Assembly: GCA_040220235.1 (NCBI GenBank) | Contig: JAVJTO010000154.1 | DNA from: Coleofasciculus sp. B1-GNL1-01 | GTDB lineage: Bacteria; Cyanobacteriota; Cyanobacteriia; Cyanobacteriales; Coleofasciculaceae | Reading direction: 5' to 3' (one strand) | Length of the DNA stretch: 15,578 nt | Part shown: in pieces, positions 1-5,742 of the stretch | Layout of the letters: each line of letters opens with the position of its first letter | Position numbering within the stretch: position 1 is the stretch's first letter | Translations under genes and position numbers: made by a program | Notes under the pieces: model-generated | Seen by the model: only the letters and a program-made list of their open reading frames with translations | The model's database searches: none | Told to the model about the DNA's origin: nothing

Positions 1-532
1 TTTGGTACTCTATCCCGCTAATCTCAGGGTTTTGCTTATGCTGCAAATCGAACCTGACTAGCTCTTGAGAGATAGCGGTAATTGGGCAAAGTTTCCTGAT
101 TCGCCTCACCCAAGTTTCAATGTTGGCAATGCGACTTTCAAGAGATGGTGGCAACCATCCCTCTTTACGGGTTCTGTTCAAGAAACGAGGTTGGCGGTAA
201 CGGGTTTTACGATTACGTCTTCCTCTTCGCAATGCCCTGCGTGAATCAAGAGCGTCTTTAATTTGCTGCCCTCGGTGAGAGATTTCCAAGGCGTTTGTAA
301 CTCGCCCTGTCTCCTCTTGGACAACCGAAATCCCAGTAGTTTTGCTACCAGGGTCGATTTTAATTCGGTGAAAATGAGTAACTGAATCTTCAATAACTCT
401 ATCCGGTAAAACAATAGTAAATGGATAGCGTTTAAATACTTTAGCCCTCCCTTTGTTCAGTAGTTCTCTTGCCCTTGCAGGGTGGCAGGGATCAAGAGAT
501 TTCAAGGTTTTATCTAGTACGAAAACTCGCAT
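1..532 (-). CDS. iscB: IscB RNA-guided endonuclease (RRXRR/HNH, IS200/IS605 OMEGA), N-terminal 177 codons; continues past the left window edge
   Basis: Manual translation of the minus strand from ATG at 532 is open to the edge: MRVFVLDKTLKSLDPCHPARARELLNKGRAKVFKRYPFTIVL...KIDPGSKTTG...RRALRRGRRNRKTRYRQPRFLNR...GWLPPSLESR...ISQELVRFD...NPEISGIEYQ. This gives a PLMP-like N-terminus, RuvC-I (IDPG), an Arg-rich bridge helix and RuvC-II (E in QELVRFD). It is absent from the ORF track because it has no stop codon in the window. Confidence 0.96.
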   Translation of the reverse strand, partial: MRVFVLDKTLKSLDPCHPARARELLNKGRAKVFKRYPFTIVLPDRVIEDSVTHFHRIKIDPGSKTTGISVVQEETGRVTNALEISHRGQQIKDALDSRRALRRGRRNRKTRYRQPRFLNRTRKEGWLPPSLESRIANIETWVRRIRKLCPITAISQELVRFDLQHKQNPEISGIEYQ

Positions 533-539
533 TACTTTG

Positions 540-783
540 AGACTCTCATTACTGGTAAAGTTTGCCTCGACGGTGTTAAGACCCGGTACTTTCTGAGTAA
601 CACTGGCTTTTCCGAATGACCTGTTTAATCACCCAGTTGTAGAGCAAGGAACTGGCACGCATCCCTTGGTACGAACGTTAACTCTTAGTCTTAACGGCTG
701 CTAGCTATATAAACTAACCGTCTGGTCAACAGGCTTTTTCAAGCCCACACCATACCCCTAGGGGTTGGTGTGCGGTAGTTGAC
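540..783 (-). ncRNA. omegaRNA (HEARO-type) scaffold of the IscB element
   Basis: Directly upstream of iscB. The minus strand begins GTCAACTACC (783). GTCAAC (783-778) pairs with GTTGAC (730-725), enclosing a long hairpin (746-772) and a GGCTT-GAAA-AAGCC hairpin (732-745). Long-range pairs are GTTAAGAC/GTCTTAAC (688-695 with 575-582) and GACGGT/ACCGTC (717-722 with 569-574, pseudoknot-like). It also has the typical GGATGC..CCAG, TTAAACAG and CGAGGCAAACTTTACC segments. The 3' end is approximate. Confidence 0.88.
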
Positions 784-803
784 ACATACTAACTTGGGCA
801 AAT
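784..803 (-). other. Predicted omegaRNA guide segment, 5'-ATTTGCCCAAGTTAGTATGT-3' (true length unknown)
   Basis: IscB omegaRNAs carry the guide 5' of the scaffold, derived from DNA flanking the element end. This is the sequence immediately 5' of GTCAAC on the minus strand. Confidence 0.6.
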
Positions 804-1083
804 AAATCGGTGATCGCGCCGGGTAAAAGTCTAACGGGGACTTGCATAGGACAAGTCAGAACTCGACATTACCTAGTATAAATAATCTGGTCAAGGAATA
901 CCGTGATGCTAGACAGAAACGTCTGTGATATCGTTCAACTTTAAATGTGATTCAAGTCTTATTGAACAGTGATACAAGTCAGCTTGTTATAATAAGATAG
1001 TTGTTAGAGTATTCTGACAATTATAAGATTTTCTAAATCAATTTTGTAGAGAATTTTAGATTTTTCAGTCAATCCCGACATCC

Positions 1084-1133
1084 GCCCGGAGTTCAAACTC
1101 CGGGCTAATAGCTTAAGTCCATTAAAATGGACT
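1084..1133. repeat. Double-hairpin REP-like palindromic element
   Basis: GCCCGGAGT-TCAA-ACTCCGGGC (1084-1105), linker TAATAGCTTA, then AGTCCAT-TAAA-ATGGACT (1116-1133). It resembles dispersed cyanobacterial palindromic repeats (from recall). Confidence 0.6.
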
Positions 1134-1202
1134 AAAACGCTTCTTCAGTCATGGTGAGAATAAACTGAACGATATTACGTTAGGTAAAGTTAGCCCCTTA
1201 CC

Positions 1203-1237
1203 AATGACATAAGACATAAGACAAATGACATAAGACA
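1203..1237 (-). repeat. STRR2-like heptamer tandem repeat (TGTCTTA/TGTCATT x5)
   Basis: Plus strand reads aatgaca taagaca taagaca aatgaca taagaca, abutting the stop codon of the WD40 gene. Confidence 0.85.
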
Positions 1238-2524
1238 TCAGCTCAAAACGTGCCAAACCTTGATCGTTTTATCAGAACTGCAACTGGCGATTGTTTTACC
1301 ATCTCGGCTCAACGCCACGGAAATAACCGAGCTAGAATGACCCCTTAAAGTGTGGATTTCTTCGCCTGTTTTCAGATGCCAAACCTTAACGGTATTATCA
1401 GAACTGCCACTAACTAACATTTGTCCCGCTGGACTGACAGCAACCGATAAGACGGAATCTTCATGACCTGTAATGGTGTGGATTTCTTCCCCGGTCTTCA
1501 GATTCCAAACTTTAATCGTATCGTCATATCCCCCACTCACGACTGTTTGTCCATCGGGATTAATTGCCACCGACAAAACTGAATTTCTATGCCCAGTTAA
1601 GGTGCGGATTTCTTTCCCGGTTTTGAGATTCCAAACTTTAATCGTATCATCAGAACTGCCACTGACTAGATTCTGTCCATCTGGACTAATCGCCACTGAC
1701 AATACGGCGTCTGTATGACCAAATAAGGTACGGATCTCATAGCCGGTGATCAAATCCCACAGCTTAATCGTACCGTCAGAACTGGCACTGGCTACGGTTT
1801 TACGATTGGGGCTAATCGCTACCGATAACACGGAATCCAAATGTTCATCAGCCGTCATTATTTCTGTGCCAGTGTTTAAGTTCCACATTTTCAGAGTATT
1901 ATCAGCACTGCCACTGACTAAGGTTTTACCATCCGGACTAATGGCAACAGAAACAACGGAGTCGGTATGTCCGGCAAGGGTGTGAATTATCTCCCTAGTT
2001 TGGAGATTCCACAGTTTAATCATATTATCGTAACCGCCGCTCACTAAGGTTTCGCCGTCTGGACTAATGGCAACCGATAATACCGAGTCAGAAAAATCAT
2101 TGAGCGTGAATTGATGTTCAATTAATTCATAATTTAAAACGGCGACTTCCAGAGGAGGTAATGGTGTTGACTCTTGGTGACTTTCGGTGTTTAGTGTGGG
2201 TAAGGGCTGATCCAGTTGCGGCAGCAGTTGTTGGAGTTGCTCCCGTAAATCCTGCCGTTCCTGTTGTGCCTGCTGAAGCTGCTGTTGAATCTGGTCTAAG
2301 TGTTCTTTTAGGGGAGAAAGGGTTTGCCAAACTCCTTGGGAAAATGACCATTTCGCCCACATCTGTCTCGCCCAATCTAATTGAACGGACTGCTGCTGCC
2401 AAAATTCTGAGGGTACAGACTGCGCCAAGGCAGGTGGATAGGGGGTCAAATCCCACCCACAGACAGAGCAACGATGCACATTACCTGGGATATATTGGGT
2501 TTGACAAACAGGACATTCAGACAT
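1238..2524 (-). CDS. WD40-repeat protein (7 repeats) with N-terminal zinc ribbon and Gln-rich coiled coil
   Basis: CPVC-x11-CSVCGWDL at the N-terminus, then a QIQQQLQQAQQERQDLREQLQQL coiled coil, then seven 42-aa repeats of the form GH.DSVLSVAISPDG..LVSGS.D.TIKVWNL.TG.EI.TL. Confidence 0.95.
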   Translation of the reverse strand: MSECPVCQTQYIPGNVHRCSVCGWDLTPYPPALAQSVPSEFWQQQSVQLDWARQMWAKWSFSQGVWQTLSPLKEHLDQIQQQLQQAQQERQDLREQLQQLLPQLDQPLPTLNTESHQESTPLPPLEVAVLNYELIEHQFTLNDFSDSVLSVAISPDGETLVSGGYDNMIKLWNLQTREIIHTLAGHTDSVVSVAISPDGKTLVSGSADNTLKMWNLNTGTEIMTADEHLDSVLSVAISPNRKTVASASSDGTIKLWDLITGYEIRTLFGHTDAVLSVAISPDGQNLVSGSSDDTIKVWNLKTGKEIRTLTGHRNSVLSVAINPDGQTVVSGGYDDTIKVWNLKTGEEIHTITGHEDSVLSVAVSPAGQMLVSGSSDNTVKVWHLKTGEEIHTLRGHSSSVISVALSRDGKTIASCSSDKTIKVWHVLS

Positions 2525-2747
2525 GGTTATCCTCTGTGATATAAATTACAGGCGTTGACACTGGATAACGACTATAACCGCTTACAATAGGAAAGCCAGG
2601 GTTTTCAGGAGAACTAACAGCGCCAAAGCTGACCAAAAGGTTAAGGTTAGAGAAACCTCTAGCACCGAATTGGCGGTTTGTCGATCGCCCTCCCCTCAAG
2701 TCCCTAGAATTTTAGCGGCTGTAGGTTAATTTAAATTAAGCGATATC

Positions 2748-3233
2748 TTAAGCGATATCTGGGGGGAGGTTGCTAGGATATGACCGAGGTGCTGATTGAG
2801 TATGCTGGAGCTGAGTTTGAACCAAGCGTTGAAGATCCTCTCGACGCACCTCGGTTCCGGCTGTTAAATTACCAGGTGTATCAAAGAAAACGGTGCTATT
2901 TACCGTGTTAAGGGCTAACATCTGGAACAAAATGTGAGTGACTGGCACGGGCATCGCGATGATTTGAGGGTCCCAATTGGATTGAAAATCAGCCGCGTCT
3001 TTGAGTGTAGGAAAAGCATAGACAACATTTTTTTCGACCTCAGGCTGGGCACGATTACTCAGGGTCGTTACCACCCAACCTTGATCTAGGGTTTGGAGAA
3101 TATGATAGTCCGAGTGGTGTAACTGACTGGCAAGCGTGGTTAGGACAGGGGCAATCGCCTCAACTATTTTCGGCGTCGTCCCGTCAGCCGGGGCATTGTC
3201 AATCAGAGCTTGAATTTGTTGGGTTAAATCCAT
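2748..3233 (-). CDS. Conserved cyanobacterial hypothetical protein, divergent from hetZ
   Basis: 161-aa ORF with ATG preceded by AAGAGGA (SD-like) on the minus strand and protein-like composition. It is separated from hetZ by only 98 bp. Confidence 0.85.
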   Translation of the reverse strand: MDLTQQIQALIDNAPADGTTPKIVEAIAPVLTTLASQLHHSDYHILQTLDQGWVVTTLSNRAQPEVEKNVVYAFPTLKDAADFQSNWDPQIIAMPVPVTHILFQMLALNTVNSTVFFDTPGNLTAGTEVRREDLQRLVQTQLQHTQSAPRSYPSNLPPDIA

Positions 3234-3331
3234 CGAGCGATCCTCTTTTCGAGTACCTCTTACTGCTATGTATGAGTCTAAACCCAGATTAAAACGGTTG
3301 TTGATATGTGTGTTAGGGTCTTTGTGAAAGA

Positions 3332-4504
3332 ATGAACATCATGAGGGAAGTCTGCCAGGGCGTGGAGGCTATTTTTCAACTGCTATTTAACGAACTCCGG
3401 CAGTCTACGACTGCATCCGAGCAGAACTGCCGGGATGTAGCAGCGCGTTTAGCAAATGAAGTCACTCGAATTTGTAATGAAAGCCATCGAATTAAGACGT
3501 CTGGAGATGTTGAAAGCTGGGCAAAGACCCTAGCCAACCATCGCCTCAAACAAGTCTTAAAGTATTACCGCCTTGGATCTCATCGGGGACGAATCGACCT
3601 TCAGAGTACATTGAGTGCGATCGTTTACCGTTACATTACCCCATCTCAAACCCCCGCGAGCTATCAAGCCCGCGTTACCCTGATTGAGGATTTCTTACAG
3701 GGATTTTATGTGGAATCCTTAAATGCGTTTCGGCGTGAGACATCCATTGACGAGAATTATCGTCCGCGATCGCTGTTGGAGTTGTCGGAGTACATGGCGT
3801 TTACCGAACGGTATGCCAAGCGCCGTATTCCGTTACCCGGGCGGCGATCCCAGCAACTGCTGATCTTGCGGGCGCAAACCTTTTCTCAACAGCAACCCCC
3901 AGAAACCTCGGTAGACATGGATACCGCAGCCGAAGGGGGGACTCCCGATTCAGAAAATACCTGGAACGATGCCGCGATTCAGCAGGTGCGAGAGGTGATG
4001 GTGGCGTCTGAACCCGAACCCCTGGAAGCCAACCTGCGGGATAAAGTTGTTGAGGAATTGTTCGCCTATCTCGAAGAACGGCAACAACACGATTGTGCCG
4101 ACTACTTCACCCTGCGTCTACAAGACTTGCCGACGAGCGAAATTGAGGAGATATTAGGATTAACCCCCCGTCAGAGGGATTACTTACAGCAACGATTTAA
4201 GTATCATTTAATTCGGTTTGCCCTTTCTCACCGTTGGGAACTTGTTCATCAATGGCTAGAAGCCGATTTAGAGAAAAATCTGGGGTTAACCCCCCACCAG
4301 TGGCAGCTATTTCAGAACAAAATTGATCCCCAACAGCGGGAATTGCTGCACCACAAGCAGCAGGGTCATTCCACCCAAGAAATAGCCCAAGCCCTAAGTT
4401 GTACAGTGACTCAGGTTGACAAGCGATGGTTTAAATTGCTGGAAATTGCCTGGGATATTCGCAATCGTTCAGTATCCGGATCAGGTGCATCTGAAGATGA
4501 ATAG
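3332..4504 (+). CDS. hetZ: Heterocyst differentiation protein HetZ homologue
   Basis: Recognisable HetZ segments: IFQLLFNELRQSTTASEQNCRDVA, YMAFTERYAKRRIPLPG, LRAQTFSQQQPPETSVD, LGLTPRQRDYLQQRFKYHL (HTH-like) and C-terminal VSGSGAS. It is followed by an overlapping patU. The exact start (3332, 3341 or 3362) is uncertain. Confidence 0.92.
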   Translation: MNIMREVCQGVEAIFQLLFNELRQSTTASEQNCRDVAARLANEVTRICNESHRIKTSGDVESWAKTLANHRLKQVLKYYRLGSHRGRIDLQSTLSAIVYRYITPSQTPASYQARVTLIEDFLQGFYVESLNAFRRETSIDENYRPRSLLELSEYMAFTERYAKRRIPLPGRRSQQLLILRAQTFSQQQPPETSVDMDTAAEGGTPDSENTWNDAAIQQVREVMVASEPEPLEANLRDKVVEELFAYLEERQQHDCADYFTLRLQDLPTSEIEEILGLTPRQRDYLQQRFKYHLIRFALSHRWELVHQWLEADLEKNLGLTPHQWQLFQNKIDPQQRELLHHKQQGHSTQEIAQALSCTVTQVDKRWFKLLEIAWDIRNRSVSGSGASEDE

Positions 4505-5612
4505 TGACATAAACAATAACTCGGACACCCTATACAGCCGCTTAATGGCTTGGCTGCTACAAGAGTCCGTTCCTGCTGCTACACCATCAGTCCATGGGCA
4601 ACCCGACGGGTTAGACCCTATCGATGAGCTAGAAGCAGCAAATTTTCAATTTGATGAGTTAGATCCACTGGATGTTGAAGACGTGAACATTGCACCCACT
4701 ATAACTGGCGACACCGCTAATGACCACACGCGAGTGGGTTCAGAAGACATTCCTACTCGTGAGGACATTGAACCGGGCGGTACAACCCGCCCCTACAACT
4801 TGGGAGATATGCCGATCGTGCAAAATCGTTTTGAGGCGCTAATTAAGCGCAAACTGCAAGTAGAAATTGAGCGTCATCCCCCCTTATTCCCCTGGGAGAC
4901 GAATATTCATGAATACGAACCTGATATCTCAGACAGCATAGCCTCGACTGGGGTTCCATCGGTTCAGGTATGGACACCCCAACTCTTGAACCTACCGCTA
5001 CCTGTCCCCATCCCGGAAAACGTTTTAGTCACTCTATTTAACGCTTGTTCGGAGTCAGTCTATTCTCCCTATCAATTGGGGCGAAAAATGGTCAAGGCTG
5101 TGGAAAACTTATTCCCTGCCCAATTCCAGTTGCTGAATAATCAAGCGCAAATGGTACTGTTGTCTTCGGGATCGGGTCGTGACCCTGAACAACTGCAACT
5201 GTTGCTCAAGGAACTTCCATCTCCACCCTATGACGAAGCAACTCCAGAGCAACAAATGATTCTGGCATTGTTAGCGGCTAAAGAAATTATTAGCACGTTG
5301 ACGGTATCCCTTTCACCCAACCAGCCTCCGGTTGAACGCCAATGGCAAACCGCTGTCGGCGTTATCACCGTCCAGGCAGAGTACCAGATCCAAGAAGGTG
5401 TTCCCACCCTGCGGGTGATCAGCAATCTACCCGAAAGTGGCAGTTTGACCTTGCGTACATCTGAAGGATCAGCCGTATCAGAGCGCACCTATCCCGGCTA
5501 TGTGAGTGTTGAAGCCTTTGATTTGCCGCCGAATCAAACCTATCCCCTGGAAATTCGGTTCCAAGACTCAGACCAAAACCCCTTGGTTTTTGCGATTTAC
5601 CCAACAATGTAA
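4497..5612 (+). CDS. patU: PatU (single ORF covering PatU5- and PatU3-like parts)
   Basis: The likely start is ATG 4497 (MNSD...), overlapping the hetZ end by 8 nt, rather than the TTG at 4416. It contains LMAWLL and VQNRFEALIKRKLQVEIERHPPLFPWE, characteristic of PatU, and shows hetZ-patU synteny. Confidence 0.85.
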   Translation: MNSDINNNSDTLYSRLMAWLLQESVPAATPSVHGQPDGLDPIDELEAANFQFDELDPLDVEDVNIAPTITGDTANDHTRVGSEDIPTREDIEPGGTTRPYNLGDMPIVQNRFEALIKRKLQVEIERHPPLFPWETNIHEYEPDISDSIASTGVPSVQVWTPQLLNLPLPVPIPENVLVTLFNACSESVYSPYQLGRKMVKAVENLFPAQFQLLNNQAQMVLLSSGSGRDPEQLQLLLKELPSPPYDEATPEQQMILALLAAKEIISTLTVSLSPNQPPVERQWQTAVGVITVQAEYQIQEGVPTLRVISNLPESGSLTLRTSEGSAVSERTYPGYVSVEAFDLPPNQTYPLEIRFQDSDQNPLVFAIYPTM

Positions 5613-5742
5613 GGGGTAAGGATTAAGTGCTAGCTGTTAGACTTGGGAGCTTCTCTCACTCCCGACTGTGGACTTAGATACAATAGATTGAACCCGTGAA
5701 TTTAAGCTAACAGCCATCTCGCACACAAGAGAGTCAATTGTT

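Larger units (their letters stand above)
1..783 (-). mobile_element. IscB-encoding IS200/IS605-superfamily element, one end near 783; no tnpA visible on this side
   Basis: iscB plus omegaRNA, a subterminal hairpin CACACCATACCCCTAGGGGTTGGTGTG (746-772) and a GTCAA terminus typical of these elements. No HIP1 sites lie inside. The other end is outside the window. Confidence 0.8.

Noticed and set aside
178..414. 78-aa minus-strand ORF in the track
   Set aside because: It is an alternative-frame shadow of iscB, which occupies the same strand in another frame with clear motifs.
777..802. Resemblance of the omegaRNA boundary/guide (AGTTGACACATACTAACTTGGGCAA) to MITE B end (AGTAGACACATAACTTAGGACAA, 8591-8613), suggesting that IscB targets the MITE
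   Set aside because: Much of the match lies in the scaffold rather than the guide. Only 5 scaffold-proximal guide bases match before a gap is needed, so it is likely chance.
924..962. TGTGA-N6 half sites resembling CRP/SyCRP or NtcA boxes
   Set aside because: The second half-sites (TCAAC, TCTTA) match poorly and the region is AT-rich.
1473..2544. Plus-strand ORFs 1473-1718, 1746-1985, 2161-2544 and minus ORF 2127-2471
   Set aside because: They are antisense or alternative-frame shadows of the repetitive WD40 gene.
2517..2699. 60-aa minus ORF upstream of the WD40 gene
   Set aside because: It has a TTG start, no recognisable motif, and lies in a probable promoter/UTR region.
5166..5180. SGSGR in PatU (and RGSGF in ORF 15229-15429) resembling the PatS/HetN RGSGR inhibitor motif
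   Set aside because: Neither is an exact RGSGR. The first lies in a variable linker and the second is in an antisense shadow ORF.
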